From: Pseudomonadota bacterium
Lineage (GTDB): Bacteria > Pseudomonadota > Gammaproteobacteria > Burkholderiales > Sulfuriferulaceae
NCBI GenBank assembly: GCA_021795395.1
Contig: JAJYPN010000001.1
Location: forward strand, 82,468 to 146,467
DNA: 64,000 nucleotides
Reading direction: 5' to 3'
The notes beneath the pieces were generated by a model that was not told where the DNA came from, did no database searches, and saw nothing but the letters and a program-made list of their open reading frames with translations. The position numbers were made by a program, and so were the translations under genes. Shown here one piece after another: positions 11,698 through 24,509 of this stretch (its first letter is position 1; every line of letters starts with the position of its first letter).

Positions 11698-12641
11698 TTT
11701 CTTTCCTCCGGATGCTCGCCTATTATTCTTACTTCGCATTGCAAAACGACACCGGTGCGAGCCGCCACGGTATCGGCGACGTATTCGATCAGGTTTTCGA
11801 TATCCGCTGCACTGGCCGAAGCGTGATTGACGATGAAATTGGCGTGTTTGGCCGATACCTGCGCGCCGCCCATGCGCTTGCCTTTCAAGCCGCAAGCTTC
11901 GATCAGCCGGGCGGCGTAGTCGTTTGGAGGGTTGCGGAACACCGATCCGGCATTAGGCTGGCTCAAAGGCTGGCTCTCGATCCTGCGCCGCAATAATTCC
12001 CTGATAGCGGCTCGGGATAATTCCCCGTTACCCACCGGCAACGCGAACCAGCCGCCGACGAACCACTCTTCCTCTGCCGTATCGATCTGTACGTGGCGAT
12101 AACCCAGGGAATACGAATCGCGCTCGCGCACTTGCAATCGGCCGCTGCGGTTTATAGTCAACGCTCTCACCGCTACCTGCCAGGTTTCGCCGCCGTAACA
12201 GCCGGCGTTCATCGTCAGCGCACCGCCTACCGTCCCCGGAATGCCGGCCATGAATTCCGCGCTGACCAGATCATGACCAGCGGCAAAGCGCGCCAGCTTG
12301 GGCAACGCGACACCGGCTTCGGCATAGATCAGACCGTAGTCTTCATGTTTTTCTTCCAGCCGCAATTCGCGCAATGCGCCATGCAACACAACGATCGCAC
12401 CGCGCACGCCGCCGTCGCGCACCAGCAGATTGCTGCCCAACCCCATGCAGTAAACCGGCATATCGCCGGGCAAACTGCGCAAATACTGCGCCAAATCCTC
12501 GATATCGGCAGGTTTGTAAAGTTGTTCCGTCATACCGCCGGCATGCCAGCTGACGTATTTCGCCATCGATTCGTTACGGCGCAGTTCGCCGCGCAAGGCG
12601 CTATCGCGTTTTGTCAACGAAATGATCGCGTCAGCATTCAC
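11694..12641 (-). CDS. murB: UDP-N-acetylenolpyruvoylglucosamine reductase
   Basis: FAD-binding motif [10 protein letters not shown] and C-terminal [15 protein letters not shown]. Confidence 0.95.
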   Translation of the reverse strand: MNADAIISLTKRDSALRGELRRNESMAKYVSWHAGGMTEQLYKPADIEDLAQYLRSLPGDMPVYCMGLGSNLLVRDGGVRGAIVVLHGALRELRLEEKHEDYGLIYAEAGVALPKLARFAAGHDLVSAEFMAGIPGTVGGALTMNAGCYGGETWQVAVRALTINRSGRLQVRERDSYSLGYRHVQIDTAEEEWFVGGWFALPVGNGELSRAAIRELLRRRIESQPLSQPNAGSVFRNPPNDYAARLIEACGLKGKRMGGAQVSAKHANFIVNHASASAADIENLIEYVADTVAARTGVVLQCEVRIIGEHPEERK

Positions 12642-14028
12642 GGCAGCTTCCCTTCAGCTCGGCTGCGATCGAACCGACCGATCCGGCTCCCATCGTCAGA
12701 ACCACGTCGCCCGGCCTGACAGTATCGCGGATAGCCGGTGCCACTTCATCGATGCCGGCAACAAAAACCGGCTCTATCTTGCCGGCGACACGCAGCGCAC
12801 GGGCCAGCGCGCGTCCATCGGCAGCGACGATGGGCGCCTCGCCCGCGGCGTATACGTCCGTCAATATCAGCGCATCGACCGACGACAGTACCGCAATAAA
12901 ATCCTCGAACAGATCCCGCGTTCTGGTGTAGCGATGCGGCTGGAACGCCAGCAGCAGGCGCCGGTCGGGGAACGCGGCGCGGGCAGCGGCAATGGTAGCC
13001 GCCATTTCTGCAGGATGATGGCCGTAATCGTCGATCAGAGTGAACGTTCCGCCCGCTGGCAGGGGGATTTCGCCGTATCGTTCGAAGCGGCGACCCACGC
13101 CCGCAAAATCGGCCAGCGCCTGCGCGATCGCCGCTTGAGCGATATTGAGCTCCAGCGAAATGGCGATCGCCGCCAGCGCATTGAGTACGTTATGGTTGCC
13201 CGGTAGATTCAGCGCAACATCCATAATCCATTTACCGCCGCCGTTCACCACGCCGAAATGCATACGCCCGTTGTCATGGCGCACATCGACAGCGCGGATG
13301 TCGGCGGCCGCGTTGAGACCGTAGGTAGTAATCGGCTTGGTCAACCGCGGCATGATCGCCAGCACGTTCGGGTCGTCCACACACAGCACGGCTCGGCCGT
13401 AAAAAGGGATATGTTCGAGAAAATCCACGAAAGCCTGTTTGAGACGGCCGAAATCGTGCCCGTAGGTTTCCATGTGATCGGCGTCGATATTGGTCACAAC
13501 CGCCAGTATCGGCATCAGATGCAGGAACGACGCGTCCGATTCGTCCGCTTCGACCACGATGAATTCGCCCTTGCCCAGGCGCGAATTCGATCCCGCCGCT
13601 TCCAGCCTGCCGCCGATCACGAAGGTCGGATCCATTCCGGCTTGCGCCAGTATGCTGGCGATCAGCGAAGTGGTCGTCGTCTTGCCATGTGCGCCGGCTA
13701 TCGCGATACCCTGGCGCAAGCGCATCAGTTCCGCCAGCATGATCGCCCTGGGCACCACCGGGATCGAACGTTCGCGCGCCGCCACCACTTCAGGATTATC
13801 AGCCGATACCGCCGTCGAGACCACGATCGCATCGGCGTTGCCGACATACGTTGCGGCATGTTTGCGAAATATCGTCGCACCCAGCGCGCTCAAGCGGCGC
13901 GTTGCCGCGTTTTCCGTCAGATCGGAACCGGTAACGATGTATCCCAGATTCAGCAGCACTTCGGCGATCCCGCTCATGCCCGAGCCGCCGATACCGACAA
14001 AGTGCAGTTGTTTGACTTTATGTTTCAT
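12631..14028 (-). CDS. murC: UDP-N-acetylmuramate--L-alanine ligase
   Basis: Start [26 protein letters not shown]-loop [10 protein letters not shown]. Confidence 0.95.
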   Translation of the reverse strand: MKHKVKQLHFVGIGGSGMSGIAEVLLNLGYIVTGSDLTENAATRRLSALGATIFRKHAATYVGNADAIVVSTAVSADNPEVVAARERSIPVVPRAIMLAELMRLRQGIAIAGAHGKTTTTSLIASILAQAGMDPTFVIGGRLEAAGSNSRLGKGEFIVVEADESDASFLHLMPILAVVTNIDADHMETYGHDFGRLKQAFVDFLEHIPFYGRAVLCVDDPNVLAIMPRLTKPITTYGLNAAADIRAVDVRHDNGRMHFGVVNGGGKWIMDVALNLPGNHNVLNALAAIAISLELNIAQAAIAQALADFAGVGRRFERYGEIPLPAGGTFTLIDDYGHHPAEMAATIAAARAAFPDRRLLLAFQPHRYTRTRDLFEDFIAVLSSVDALILTDVYAAGEAPIVAADGRALARALRVAGKIEPVFVAGIDEVAPAIRDTVRPGDVVLTMGAGSVGSIAAELKGSCREC

Positions 14029-15118
14029 TGGCCGTTTCCATACAGATTCGTACTGCCGCAGCGGTTGCATCGGGCCGGGCGGCGCCTTCGGCGCGCCGCG
14101 CCATATCATTCAAGTGCGCCCTGTCCAATTGCCGTAAAAACTGTGCCAATCGTTCGGCGCTCAATTCAGTCTCTGCTATCAGTCTCGCCGCGCCGCATTC
14201 AACCAAAAACGCGGCATTTCGGGTTTGATGGTCGTCCACCGCATGCGGATAGGGCACCAGAAATGCAGGCACGCGCGCAGCTGCCAACTCCGCCACAGTG
14301 AGCGCGCCGGCGCGGGTAATCGCAAGATCGCACCAGGCGTAAACTGCTGCCATATCTTCGATAAAATCCCGGGTGTCGGCTTGCACGCCCAATTTCGCGT
14401 AGCGCTCGCGCAAATCAGCCAGGTGCTTTGCACCAGCCTGATGCACGATTTCAGGACGCTCGGCCTTATCGATCAAACTCAATGCCTGCGGCACCGCCCG
14501 ATTGAGCGCTGCCGCGCCCAGACTGCCGCCTATGACCAGGATACGCAAAGGCCCGGTACGGTCCGTTTTATCGGTTTTCGCAGCCGAAATTTCCGCGCGT
14601 ACCGGATTGCCCGTCCATATGCTCCGCACCTTGCCGCAGGGTATGGGTTTGTCCTCGGCATGGGTAAACGCAGCAGGGAAACCCACTGCAACCTTGTCAG
14701 CCAGACAGGCCAGCAATCGATTGCTCAGGCCCGCTATGGCGTTCTGCTCATGGATCACCAGCGGTTTTCTCAACAGACTGGCCATCAGACCGCCGGGAAA
14801 ACTGGGATAGCCGCCCATGCCCAGCACCACGTCCGGCCGGTAGCGCAACAGCGCGTTGAGCGCCTGCAGACTAGCCGTTATCAGCATGGCGGGCAGCAGC
14901 AGCTTGCGCAGCCAGCCGTTGCCGCGTACGCCACCCATCGAAAGCCATGCCATCTCGTAACCGTGCTGCGGCACGATGCGCGTCTCCATCCCGTGACGGG
15001 TACCGAGCCAGATCACGCGCCAGCCCAGCGCGCTCATCGCCGTCGCCACCGCCAGTCCGGGATAGATATGTCCTCCGGTGCCGCCCGCCATGATCATGAG
15101 TACGCGCGGCATGCTCAT
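14018..15118 (-). CDS. murG: undecaprenyl-PP-MurNAc-pentapeptide GlcNAc transferase
   Basis: Start [21 protein letters not shown] at 15118 forms an ATGA overlap with the ftsW stop. The long track extension was rejected. Confidence 0.95.
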   Translation of the reverse strand: MSMPRVLMIMAGGTGGHIYPGLAVATAMSALGWRVIWLGTRHGMETRIVPQHGYEMAWLSMGGVRGNGWLRKLLLPAMLITASLQALNALLRYRPDVVLGMGGYPSFPGGLMASLLRKPLVIHEQNAIAGLSNRLLACLADKVAVGFPAAFTHAEDKPIPCGKVRSIWTGNPVRAEISAAKTDKTDRTGPLRILVIGGSLGAAALNRAVPQALSLIDKAERPEIVHQAGAKHLADLRERYAKLGVQADTRDFIEDMAAVYAWCDLAITRAGALTVAELAAARVPAFLVPYPHAVDDHQTRNAAFLVECGAARLIAETELSAERLAQFLRQLDRAHLNDMARRAEGAARPDATAAAVRICMETANET

Positions 15119-16275
15119 ACTCCCTTTTTCCCGCGTTTCAAACTGCGCGTTTCGTAATCGATACGCAATAAAATCGCTATGGCTATGCAATTGGCGACGA
15201 TGCCACTGCCGCCAAATGACAGGAACGGCAATGTCAGCCCCTTGGTCGGCAACAGCCCCATGTTCACGCCGATATTGATGCATGCCTGCACACCGATCCA
15301 CACGCCGATACCCATTGCCGTCAACGCGCAAAAATGCCGTTCCAGCTGTGCTGCCGCCCGACCGATCTGAAAAGCGCGTATGACCAGCCAGGCGAACAAG
15401 GCGATCACGACCGCAACGCCGACGAATCCGAGTTCTTCGGCGATCACCGCCAACAGGAAATCGGTGTGCGCCTCGGGCAGATAAAACAGTTTTTCCACGC
15501 TGCCGCCCAGCCCCAGCCCCAGCCATTGCCCCCGGCCAAATGCGATCAGCGCATGCGACAACTGGTAGCCCTTGCCGTAAGGATCGGCCCACGGGTCCAT
15601 AAAGCCGACAATGCGCTGCAAGCGGTACGGCGAACTCCAGATCAGGCCGACGAAGCCGACTACCGACAAAACGAACAAGCCGGCAAATATCCGCAAATTC
15701 AGGCCGCCCAGAAACAGGGTCGCCATGGCGATCACGATAATGACGACAAACGCCCCGAAATCCGGCTCGCGCAATAACAGAAAGCCTGTCGACAATATCG
15801 CCACCAGCATGGGCAGAAAACCCTGCTTGAAATTATGCATGAATGCGGCCTTGCGCACCGTATAGTCGGCTGCGTACAGCACCGCCGCCAGCTTCATCAG
15901 TTCCGACGGCTGCAAGTTGATAATCGCCAGCGGCAGCCAGCGCTGACTGCCGTTGACATTACGGCCGATTCCGGGGACCAGCACCAGCACCAGCAGCGCC
16001 AGCCCTCCTAAAAACAGCCACGGTGCAAAACGCTGCCATTTGAATACCGGAACCTGAAAAGCGACATAACCCGCCAGCAAGCCGATGACGATAAAGACCA
16101 GCTGGCGCGACAAAAAGAAAGTCGGGTGATAACCGGTACTGCGGTTCGCCTCGGCGATATCGATGGAGGCTGAATACACCATCACCAGCCCGAACGACAA
16201 CAGCGCGATCCCGAGCCAGACGAGCACCATATCGTATTCGGCCACGTTGCGGCGCGCCCGGTTCGGCGTATTCAT
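15115..16275 (-). CDS. ftsW: SEDS peptidoglycan polymerase FtsW
   Basis: About 10 TM. Motifs PEAHTDF and [16 protein letters not shown]. Confidence 0.95.
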   Translation of the reverse strand: MNTPNRARRNVAEYDMVLVWLGIALLSFGLVMVYSASIDIAEANRSTGYHPTFFLSRQLVFIVIGLLAGYVAFQVPVFKWQRFAPWLFLGGLALLVLVLVPGIGRNVNGSQRWLPLAIINLQPSELMKLAAVLYAADYTVRKAAFMHNFKQGFLPMLVAILSTGFLLLREPDFGAFVVIIVIAMATLFLGGLNLRIFAGLFVLSVVGFVGLIWSSPYRLQRIVGFMDPWADPYGKGYQLSHALIAFGRGQWLGLGLGGSVEKLFYLPEAHTDFLLAVIAEELGFVGVAVVIALFAWLVIRAFQIGRAAAQLERHFCALTAMGIGVWIGVQACINIGVNMGLLPTKGLTLPFLSFGGSGIVANCIAIAILLRIDYETRSLKRGKKGV

Positions 16276-17618
16276 TGCATCTCCCGGCTTAACTGGGCTA
16301 CCGCTGCGACAAACACTTCAGCGCGATGCGCATAATTTCTGAACATGTCGAAACTGGCGCACGCCGGCGACAATAACACCGCATCTCCGGGCTGGGTTCG
16401 CGCATAAGCGCTCAATACGGCCTGCTCCATGCTCTCGGCACGCAATACCGGGACGCCGGTCGCCGTCAAAGCCTCGGCAATCAGCGGTCCGTCGCGACCG
16501 ATCTGAATCACCGCCCGCGCAGAGCGCGTAGCCGCCTCGGCCAACGGCGAAAAATCCTGACCTTTGCCTTCGCCGCCGACGATCAGAACGACAGGCCGGT
16601 TCAAACCTTTGAGCGCAGCTTCGGTAGCGCCTACGTTGGTTCCTTTGGAATCGTCGTAAAAATCGACTTCACCTATGCGCGCAACCCATTCGACGCGGTG
16701 CGGCAAACCCTGAAACTGACTCAAAGCGCTTGCTGCGGCGGCATCGGGCAAACCGGCTGCGAAACACAACGCCCAGGCAGCAAGTGCATTCGCCGCATTA
16801 TGCATGCCGACAACCGCCAGACTGTCAAGCGCCATCAGGGCTTCGGTACCCCGGCACAGATAGCCGTCGCGCACGCCGAACTCATGTTCGTATTCGCTGG
16901 GCCCCAGGCCGAAATTCAGTACCTTACGGCCCGCTTGCGCCATCGCCGCACTCCAGCGATCGTCGCGATTCAGCACCTGAACGCCGTCGCCGGTAAATAT
17001 GCGCGCCTTGATCGCTGCGTAAGACTGCAGATCGGCGTGCCGGTCCAGATGATCTTCGCTGATATTGAGCACCGTCGCTGCCGCCGGGTTGAGGGTATAA
17101 ATGGCTTCCAACTGAAAACTCGACAATTCCAGCACGAACAGTTCCGTTTCCGGATGATTTTCCAGCGCGTCGAGCACCGGCAAGCCGATGTTGCCTGCCA
17201 TCAGCGATTTTTTGCCGGCCGCCAGACAGATGGCATGCACCATGCTGGTTACCGTGCTTTTTCCGTTCGAACCGGTTATTGCGATGACCTGCACATGCTG
17301 CGGCAATGCCTGGGCAAACAGCTCCACATCGCTCCATACCGCGATGCCGCGGCTCAGCGCCGCCTGTATCATGGGATGCGACATCGGCACGCCGGGACTG
17401 ACGATGATGCGGTCGGCCCACAGGAAATCGGCCTCGTTCCAGTCGCCCAACGTTACTTCCACTGCAGGAAACAAAGTGCGCAATCGAGCGAGATTCGGCG
17501 GCTCTGCCGCGTTATCGGCTACGCGCAGCTCCGCGCCGCGCCGCCCCAGCCAACACGCCGCAGCCCAACCGCTGCTGCCTAACCCGAGTATCAATATATG
17601 TTGCCCGTACCAGTTCAT
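16272..17618 (-). CDS. murD: UDP-N-acetylmuramoylalanine--D-glutamate ligase
   Basis: LGLGSSG Rossmann start and GSNGKSTV P-loop. Confidence 0.95.
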   Translation of the reverse strand: MNWYGQHILILGLGSSGWAAACWLGRRGAELRVADNAAEPPNLARLRTLFPAVEVTLGDWNEADFLWADRIIVSPGVPMSHPMIQAALSRGIAVWSDVELFAQALPQHVQVIAITGSNGKSTVTSMVHAICLAAGKKSLMAGNIGLPVLDALENHPETELFVLELSSFQLEAIYTLNPAAATVLNISEDHLDRHADLQSYAAIKARIFTGDGVQVLNRDDRWSAAMAQAGRKVLNFGLGPSEYEHEFGVRDGYLCRGTEALMALDSLAVVGMHNAANALAAWALCFAAGLPDAAAASALSQFQGLPHRVEWVARIGEVDFYDDSKGTNVGATEAALKGLNRPVVLIVGGEGKGQDFSPLAEAATRSARAVIQIGRDGPLIAEALTATGVPVLRAESMEQAVLSAYARTQPGDAVLLSPACASFDMFRNYAHRAEVFVAAVAQLSREMQ

Positions 17619-17661
17619 GTTTGTCGCTCTAGTTTGCGGCAGCCGGACACTGCCGCATGCA

Positions 17662-18747
17662 TTAACGTATTTTCAGCGTCGATAAGCCGATCAGCACCAG
17701 CATCATGGTAATGATCCAGAAACGCACGACGACCTGGGTTTCCTTCCAGCCTTTCAATTCGTAATGATGATGCAGCGGCGCCATCCGAAATACGCGTTTG
17801 CCCGTCAGCTTGAACGAGCCGACCTGTATCATTACCGACAGCGTTTCCATCACGAACACGCCGCCCATGATGAACAGCACGATTTCCTGGCGCACGATCA
17901 CGGCGACTGCGCCGAGCGATGCGCCCAGCGCCAGCGCGCCGACGTCGCCCATAAATACTTCGGCCGGGTATGCGTTAAACCACAGGAAGGCCAGCCCCGC
18001 GCCGGCTATCGCCGCACACACCACCGCCAGTTCGCCGGCTCCGGGAATGTGCGGCATTTCCAGATAGCGCGAAAACACGGCGTTGCCGGCGACGTAAGCA
18101 AATACCGCCAGTGCCGAAGCCACCATGACCGTGGGCAATATCGCCAGCCCGTCCAGGCCGTCGGTCAGATTCACCGCATTACTCGAACCGACGATCACAA
18201 AATAGGCCAACGTGACAAAACCTACCGTGCCCAGCGGAATGGCGACCTGCTTGAAAAACGGCACGATCAGTTCGGTTTGCGCTGGTAACTGCGCGGAATA
18301 AGCAATATATAAAGCCGCTCCGAGGCCGAACAGCGACTGCCAGAAATACTTGGCTTTAGCCGACAAGCCTTTGGGATTGCGATGCACTACCTTACGATAA
18401 TCGTCTATCCAGCCCACGCCGCCGAACCCCAGCGTAGTGATCAGAACCACCCAGACGTAGCGATTTTCCAGATCGCCCCACAACAAGGTTGACAAGGTAA
18501 TCGATACCAGTATCAAGGCGCCGCCCATGGTCGGCGTACCCGCTTTGACCAGATGCGACTGCGGCCCGTCATTACGCACCGATTGGCCGATTTTCATGGC
18601 GGAAAGCCTGCGGATGACGAATGGCCCCACCAGAAACGAAATGGTCAGCGATGTCAGCGTCGCCAATACTGCCCGCAAGGTGAGATAATTGAAGACATTC
18701 AGGGCGCGCACGTCTCCGGAGAAATATTGAAACAACCATAGCAGCAT
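17662..18747 (-). CDS. mraY: phospho-N-acetylmuramoyl-pentapeptide transferase
   Basis: Motifs [13 protein letters not shown] and [10 protein letters not shown]. Polytopic membrane protein. Confidence 0.97.
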   Translation of the reverse strand: MLLWLFQYFSGDVRALNVFNYLTLRAVLATLTSLTISFLVGPFVIRRLSAMKIGQSVRNDGPQSHLVKAGTPTMGGALILVSITLSTLLWGDLENRYVWVVLITTLGFGGVGWIDDYRKVVHRNPKGLSAKAKYFWQSLFGLGAALYIAYSAQLPAQTELIVPFFKQVAIPLGTVGFVTLAYFVIVGSSNAVNLTDGLDGLAILPTVMVASALAVFAYVAGNAVFSRYLEMPHIPGAGELAVVCAAIAGAGLAFLWFNAYPAEVFMGDVGALALGASLGAVAVIVRQEIVLFIMGGVFVMETLSVMIQVGSFKLTGKRVFRMAPLHHHYELKGWKETQVVVRFWIITMMLVLIGLSTLKIR

Positions 18748-18765
18748 CAGGTCAGCTCCCTTTTT

Positions 18766-20127
18766 TTATTCATCGTCGAGCCCCACAAAATCGATCACCC
18801 GTTCCATGCGCATGAAACGCGATCCTTTGACCAGCACCGTCACGCCGGGAGCCAGTCGCGGCAGCAATTCCGCAGCGAGCTCCGCCAGGTCCGAAAAATG
18901 TCTGGCGCCTGCGCCAAACGCTGCCGCGGTCTCGCGGCTGAGTTCGCCAAGAGCAAACACTTCGTCAATTCCGCTCTCTCTGGCGTATGCGCCGATACCG
19001 GCATGCGCCGCCGTGCCGATATCGCCAAGCTCTCCCATATCGCCCAGCACCAGCAAGCGGGTGCCTTTTGCACGGGCAAGCACGCTGATGGCTGCGCGCA
19101 TAGAATCGGGGTTGGCATTGTAACTGTCGTCTATGATCACTGCGCCGTTACGACCCGGTTTATACTGCAGGCGGCCGTAAACGCCGCCGTATCCCTGCAA
19201 GCCAGCAGCGATTGCCTCTGCCGGCACGCCCAGCGCCCATGCCGCCGCCGCCGCCGCCAGCGCATTCATGACGTTGTGTTTGCCCGGCACCGGCAAACGC
19301 AGCGTTATTTCATTGCCCGACAGATCGATGCGCATATCGCTGTACTCTGCGTGCGGCTCGAATTCTCCGCGTATGGCCGCCGAACTCGAATCGATGCCGA
19401 ATTCGATCACCTTTTTATTTACCGCGAGTTGCCGCCACAATGGGGAATATCTGTCGTCGGCATTAATGATGGCGATTTTGGTCTGCGCGCAACCGGTCAA
19501 GATTTCGCCTTTCGCCTCGGCTATCGCTTGCAGCGACCCGAGCATGCCGATATGCGCCGTGCCGGCGTTATTGATCAATACGATGTCGGGACACGACAGC
19601 CGGCTTAGATAATCCAGTTCGCCGCGATGATTCATGCCCATTTCGATCACGCCGTACCGATGTTTGTCGGTCAGGCTCAGCAAGGTCAACGGCATGCCGA
19701 TGTCGTTATTCAGATTACCTGCGGTAGCCAGAACCGCCTCATCTCCCGCCTCGATGCGCAATATCGATGCCAGCATTTCCTTTACCGACGTTTTACCGCT
19801 GCTGCCGGTAATGCCGATAATGCGTGCAGGCATGGCTTTCCGCCAATGCGCAGCCAGACTGCCGAGAGCGAGCCGCGTATCCGCTACCACGATCGCAGGC
19901 TCTGCCGTTCCGGCATCGGCGCTGTCGACCATCACCGCCGCAGCGCCGGCATCCAGCGCCGCACCAGTATAGAGATGACCGTCGTAACGTTCCCCGCGCA
20001 GAGCGACGAACAGATCACCGCGACGGACCGTTCGGCTGTCGGTACTGACCCGGTCGAAGCCGACATCGGCGCCGCGGATGATTCCGCCGACAATGCCGGC
20101 CGCCGTTTTCGTCGACATCCTGTTCAT
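18766..20127 (-). CDS. murF: UDP-MurNAc-tripeptide--D-Ala-D-Ala ligase
   Basis: P-loop GITGSSGKTSVKEM. dcw position. Confidence 0.95.
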   Translation of the reverse strand: MNRMSTKTAAGIVGGIIRGADVGFDRVSTDSRTVRRGDLFVALRGERYDGHLYTGAALDAGAAAVMVDSADAGTAEPAIVVADTRLALGSLAAHWRKAMPARIIGITGSSGKTSVKEMLASILRIEAGDEAVLATAGNLNNDIGMPLTLLSLTDKHRYGVIEMGMNHRGELDYLSRLSCPDIVLINNAGTAHIGMLGSLQAIAEAKGEILTGCAQTKIAIINADDRYSPLWRQLAVNKKVIEFGIDSSSAAIRGEFEPHAEYSDMRIDLSGNEITLRLPVPGKHNVMNALAAAAAAWALGVPAEAIAAGLQGYGGVYGRLQYKPGRNGAVIIDDSYNANPDSMRAAISVLARAKGTRLLVLGDMGELGDIGTAAHAGIGAYARESGIDEVFALGELSRETAAAFGAGARHFSDLAELAAELLPRLAPGVTVLVKGSRFMRMERVIDFVGLDDE

Positions 20128-21569
20128 CGGCGTGACTCCAGCGCCAGTCTGGCGACCGATACGTCGTCGAAAGCGTATTTAACTCCGGAAATTTCCTGAT
20201 AATTCTCGTGCCCCTTGCCGGCTATCAGCACCACATCGCCGGCTTGCGCCGCAGAAACGGCCTCGACAATGGCCAGGCCGCGATCGAGTTGCACCGTTAC
20301 GCCGCCTTGGATTCCTGTGCATATCTCGGCGGCGATGGCCGCCGGATGCTCGCTGCGCGGATTGTCCGAAGTGACCAGTACCCGGTCGGCCAAACGTTCC
20401 GCTATCGTTCCCATCAAAGCCCGTTTGCCGGTATCGCGCTCGCCGCCGCAGCCGAATACGCACCACAAGTTTCCAGTCGGTACTATTTCGCGCAAACATG
20501 CCAGCGCTTTTTCCAGCGCATCGGGTGTGTGCGCATAATCCACCACGATCAGCGGCTGCTCGCCGCCGCCCAGCGTCTGCATCCGTCCTGCTGGAGCGGA
20601 AACCGCGCTCAATCCTTGTACTGCATCATCCAGCGCGACGCCGCTCGCCAGCAAGGCAGCCAGCGTCGCCAGCAAATTATGCGCATTGAACCGGCCCAGC
20701 AGCGACGAGCGCAGCTCGGCGCGTCCCCAATCGGTATCGACCGTCACCGTCAGGCCGCCGGGCAATAGCTGCAACCGGCTGCCCCGCACTTCGCCGGCAG
20801 CGAAACCGTAGCCGATACGTTGCGCCGCTGACGGTAATGGTCGGGCAGCGAGTTGCCGGCCGAATTCGTCGTCCAGATTCAGCACGGCATAACGCAAACT
20901 CGGCCACGCGAACAAACGAGCCTTAGCCGCCGAATAATTTTCCATAGTGCCGTGGTAATCCAGATGATCGCGGGTCAGGTTCGTCAGCACCGCCACATCG
21001 AATTCGACGCCGTTTACCCGTCCCTGATCCAGTCCGTGCGACGTCACTTCGATGACCGCCGCCCGCGCTCGCGCATCACGGTAATGACCCAGAGATTCCT
21101 GCAGCAAAGCGGCATCCGGCGTGGTATTGCCGACATAATCCAGATCGGGAGGAAAACCGTTGCCCAGCGTCCCGATCACCGCGGCTTTACGCGATAATGC
21201 GGTTAAAATCTGCGCTATCCATTGGGTGCACGAGGTTTTTCCGTTGGTGCCGGTTACGCCTATCGCCCACAATTCACGCGAGGGATGGCGGTAAATGAAG
21301 GCAGCTATTTCTCCCAATTGCGTTTTCAGATCGCGTACCGGCAAATTCGGCAGCGATTGCCATTCTTGCGGCCAGACATAAGCTTCTGGTTCCCACACAA
21401 TCGCCGCCGCGCCGGCAGCGAGGGCGGCGCCGATATAATCCCGGCCGTCTCTGGCGGCGCCCGGATACGCCGCAAACGCCATGCCGGGTTTAACGTGACG
21501 GCTATCTGACGTTATGCCGGTCAGATCCCAGCCTGAACGCTGTAATGCGGCAATGACGTTCGCACTCAT
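20124..21569 (-). CDS. murE: UDP-MurNAc-L-Ala-D-Glu--2,6-diaminopimelate ligase
   Basis: GVTGTNGKTS P-loop and the TSDNPRSE motif. Confidence 0.95.
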   Translation of the reverse strand: MSANVIAALQRSGWDLTGITSDSRHVKPGMAFAAYPGAARDGRDYIGAALAAGAAAIVWEPEAYVWPQEWQSLPNLPVRDLKTQLGEIAAFIYRHPSRELWAIGVTGTNGKTSCTQWIAQILTALSRKAAVIGTLGNGFPPDLDYVGNTTPDAALLQESLGHYRDARARAAVIEVTSHGLDQGRVNGVEFDVAVLTNLTRDHLDYHGTMENYSAAKARLFAWPSLRYAVLNLDDEFGRQLAARPLPSAAQRIGYGFAAGEVRGSRLQLLPGGLTVTVDTDWGRAELRSSLLGRFNAHNLLATLAALLASGVALDDAVQGLSAVSAPAGRMQTLGGGEQPLIVVDYAHTPDALEKALACLREIVPTGNLWCVFGCGGERDTGKRALMGTIAERLADRVLVTSDNPRSEHPAAIAAEICTGIQGGVTVQLDRGLAIVEAVSAAQAGDVVLIAGKGHENYQEISGVKYAFDDVSVARLALESRR

Positions 21570-23308
21570 GTCTTTTCGTCCTCGCTCGCAGGTTTTCCCG
21601 GCTTGACAGTCTGTACCAGAGATTTATCCGGCGCGACATCCAGCTGCCGCAGCGCGCTTTGCATCACTTTTTTGAATACCGGAGCCGAGACCGTTCCACC
21701 GTAATATTGCCCGGCCGACGGCTCGTCTATCATCACGGCAATGATCAGGCGTGGATTGCTGACCGGCGCGAAACCGATGAACGAAGCGATGTACTTGTCG
21801 GCAGAATAGCCGCCATGATCCGGCTTATGCGCAGTACCGGTCTTGCCCGCAACCCGGTAACCATCCAGTTCCGCCTGTGGCGCCGTACCCTCCGAACTTA
21901 CGACGCTCTCCAGCATGGGAACCAGTTCATCCGCGCTTTTGGCGCTATAGACGCGCACTCCCGGACTACCCGCACCGGTTTGCTTGAGCAGCGTAACGGG
22001 TTTCAGTACGCCGTGATTGGTAAAAATCGTATACGCCCGCGCCAGTTGCAGCAGGCTCACCGAAATGCCGTTACCATACGACATGGTCGCCTGTTCTATC
22101 GGCCGCCAATGCTGATATGGCCGCAAGCTGCCCGATGCCGCCCCGGGGAAATCCGCTTGCGGAATGGTGCCGAAACCGGAATTATGCAGATCGGTCCAAA
22201 GATATTCCGGGCTCAGCGACAAAGCCATCTTGGACGCGCCGACATTACTCGATTTCTGGATGACCTGCGATACCGTCAGCATGCCGTGAGGATGCGCGTC
22301 GTGTATGCGCTTGATACCGACAAGATAGCTGCCGCCTTCGGTATCGATCAGCGTGTCCGGCGTATATTTGCCGCTTTCCAGCGCCGCAGCCACGGTAAAC
22401 GGCTTCATGGTAGAGCCCGGCTCGAATTCGTCGGTCACGGCATGATTACGGATCTGCCAGGATTTTACGCCCTCGAGATTGTTGGGATTGAAGGAGGGAT
22501 AATTCGCCATCGCGAGTATTTCGCCGGTATGCGCATCCAGCATGACGAGCGCGCCGGCTTTCGCCCTGTTCGCCAATACCGCAGCGCTGAGCTCGTGATA
22601 GGCCAGATATTGCAGGCGCATATCGATCGAAAGAGTCAGATCCTGTCCGGGCCGCGGACTTAATATCCCCTGCACATCTTCGATAATATTGCCCTTACGA
22701 TCGTGCAGAACGCGACGGCTGCCGGGTTTGCCGGCCAGCCAGTGCTGAAACGACAGTTCCAGACCTTCCTGGCCGTTGTCGTCCATTCCGGTAAAACCCA
22801 ACAATGGCGCCGTCACTTCGCCGGACGGATAAAACCGGCGGTACTCGCGTTGTAAATATAAACCCGGGATATCCAGACTGGTGACGGCTTCCGCCTGATC
22901 GGGCGGCAAACGCCGCTTGATATATACGAATTCGCGATCTTCGGCCAGCTTCGCCCTGATTTCCGCTATCCCCATTTGCAGCACGGACGATAGCTGTCGC
23001 ATTTGCCGTTCACTCAATTGGACCACGGTGGGATTGACCCATAACGACTCCATCGGCGTACTGATCGCCAGCGGTTCGCCGTCGCGGTCCTCGATCATGC
23101 CGCGATGCGCGGGCAACTCCACCACGCGGCTCGCCAACGCGTCCCCTTTGCGCTGCAGAAAAGTATGATGCAACCCTTGTAAATACACCGCTCGTCCCGC
23201 TAACACCAATAACCATAATAAAATCAGGATCAATACCACGCGACCGCGCCATGGCTGCAAATGCAGGGCCAGCAGATGCCCGGCTGGACGTGTCGTCGCA
23301 CGTATCAC
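21566..23308 (-). CDS. ftsI: division-specific transpeptidase PBP3
   Basis: SxxK (STMKP), SSN and KTGT motifs. N-terminal TM. Confidence 0.95.
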   Translation of the reverse strand: MIRATTRPAGHLLALHLQPWRGRVVLILILLWLLVLAGRAVYLQGLHHTFLQRKGDALASRVVELPAHRGMIEDRDGEPLAISTPMESLWVNPTVVQLSERQMRQLSSVLQMGIAEIRAKLAEDREFVYIKRRLPPDQAEAVTSLDIPGLYLQREYRRFYPSGEVTAPLLGFTGMDDNGQEGLELSFQHWLAGKPGSRRVLHDRKGNIIEDVQGILSPRPGQDLTLSIDMRLQYLAYHELSAAVLANRAKAGALVMLDAHTGEILAMANYPSFNPNNLEGVKSWQIRNHAVTDEFEPGSTMKPFTVAAALESGKYTPDTLIDTEGGSYLVGIKRIHDAHPHGMLTVSQVIQKSSNVGASKMALSLSPEYLWTDLHNSGFGTIPQADFPGAASGSLRPYQHWRPIEQATMSYGNGISVSLLQLARAYTIFTNHGVLKPVTLLKQTGAGSPGVRVYSAKSADELVPMLESVVSSEGTAPQAELDGYRVAGKTGTAHKPDHGGYSADKYIASFIGFAPVSNPRLIIAVMIDEPSAGQYYGGTVSAPVFKKVMQSALRQLDVAPDKSLVQTVKPGKPASEDEKT

Positions 23309-23583
23309 GGCGGCGTTACCCGAACTTGTTTTGCGATAACATGCATATGAGCCACATCCGGCAATTGCATTTGCAACTGTTCGGTTGCGATTTTTTCAAC
23401 CCGCTCATGCCGAGCCCATGTGCTTTGCTCCAATTGCAATTGACCCCATTCCACATCGAGCCTGCGTTGCTGCTGTTGTGCCTGCTGCAGGGCGATAAAT
23501 GCCTTGCGCGCCTGATGCTGGCTGGTTACCACAGCCAGGGCACTTAGCACGACCGCCATCAACAATATCAATTGCAAACGCAT
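23305..23583 (-). CDS. ftsL: cell division protein FtsL
   Basis: 92 aa with an N-terminal TM followed by a coiled coil. Lies between rsmH and ftsI. Confidence 0.85.
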   Translation of the reverse strand: MRLQLILLMAVVLSALAVVTSQHQARKAFIALQQAQQQQRRLDVEWGQLQLEQSTWARHERVEKIATEQLQMQLPDVAHMHVIAKQVRVTPP

Positions 23584-24509
23584 CAGTTCGCCTCCAGCAC
23601 ACGCATGACCGCGCTACGCGCACGCGGATTTGCCGTTATCTCGTCTGCCTGCGGATAAACCGCCCGGGCGGCCAGTTTCATATGCGGCGGCGGTATATCT
23701 ATCGCCCGTATCGGCAAACGTCTGGGCAATGGCGGCGGGCTGGACTTTTCGCGCATAAACCGTTTGACTATCCGGTCTTCCAGCGAGTGGAAACTGATCA
23801 CCACCAAACGACCACCGCTTGCCAAAATCTGCGCGCAACGCGGCAGCGCTAGCGACAATTCTTCCAGTTCGCGGTTGATGTAAATCCGTATAGCCTGAAA
23901 GGTACGGGTCGCCGGGTTTTGCCCGAGCTCGCGGGTAGGGACGACGGACGCGACAAGCTGCGCCAGCTGTTTGGTGGTTGCGATCGGCGCAACAATTCTT
24001 TGCGCCACAATCGCTCTTGCAATCGCCCTAGCATACCGCTCTTCGCCATATTGACTGATCACCTTTTTCAATTCGTCTTCATCGACATCCGCCAGCCATT
24101 CCGCTGCAGTTTGACCGGACGTGGTATCCATGCGCATATCCAGCGGCGCATCGAAACGAAAACTGAAGCCGCGCTGGGCGTCATCCAGTTGCGGCGAAGA
24201 CACTCCCAGATCCATCAATACCCCGTCTACCTGCCTGATTCCCCGCTTTTCCAGCTCGACTGCAATATGCTCGAATCCGCTATGCACCAGTTCGAATCGC
24301 CGGTCTTTCCAGTCGGCTCCCGCCGCAATGGCTGCCGGGTCCTTATCGAAACCCAGCAAACGTCCCTGCTCGCCCAATTGCTCCAAAATGCGCCGGCTAT
24401 GTCCGCCGCGCCCAAAAGTCGCATCGACATAAACACCGTCAGGACTGATCCTCAACGCTGCAACCGCTTGCTCCAAAAGTACCGTCTCATGCCGCAAGCT
24501 CGCGCTCAC
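23583..24509 (-). CDS. rsmH: 16S rRNA (cytosine1402-N4)-methyltransferase
   Basis: Motifs [11 protein letters not shown] and [11 protein letters not shown]. Confidence 0.95.
   Translation of the reverse strand: MSASLRHETVLLEQAVAALRISPDGVYVDATFGRGGHSRRILEQLGEQGRLLGFDKDPAAIAAGADWKDRRFELVHSGFEHIAVELEKRGIRQVDGVLMDLGVSSPQLDDAQRGFSFRFDAPLDMRMDTTSGQTAAEWLADVDEDELKKVISQYGEERYARAIARAIVAQRIVAPIATTKQLAQLVASVVPTRELGQNPATRTFQAIRIYINRELEELSLALPRCAQILASGGRLVVISFHSLEDRIVKRFMREKSSPPPLPRRLPIRAIDIPPPHMKLAARAVYPQADEITANPRARSAVMRVLEAN

Noticed and set aside
14018-15592. Long N-terminal extensions in the ORF track (murG 524 aa; also ddl 369 aa, murC 492 aa, cobA 344 aa, ybiB-like 419 aa, gpsA 423 aa, alaS 911 aa, mraZ 181 aa).
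   Set aside because: The track extends to the farthest ATG/GTG/TTG. The extensions overlap the upstream gene, are Arg-rich nonsense, and homology-consistent starts with ATGA/GTGA overlaps or RBSs lie downstream.
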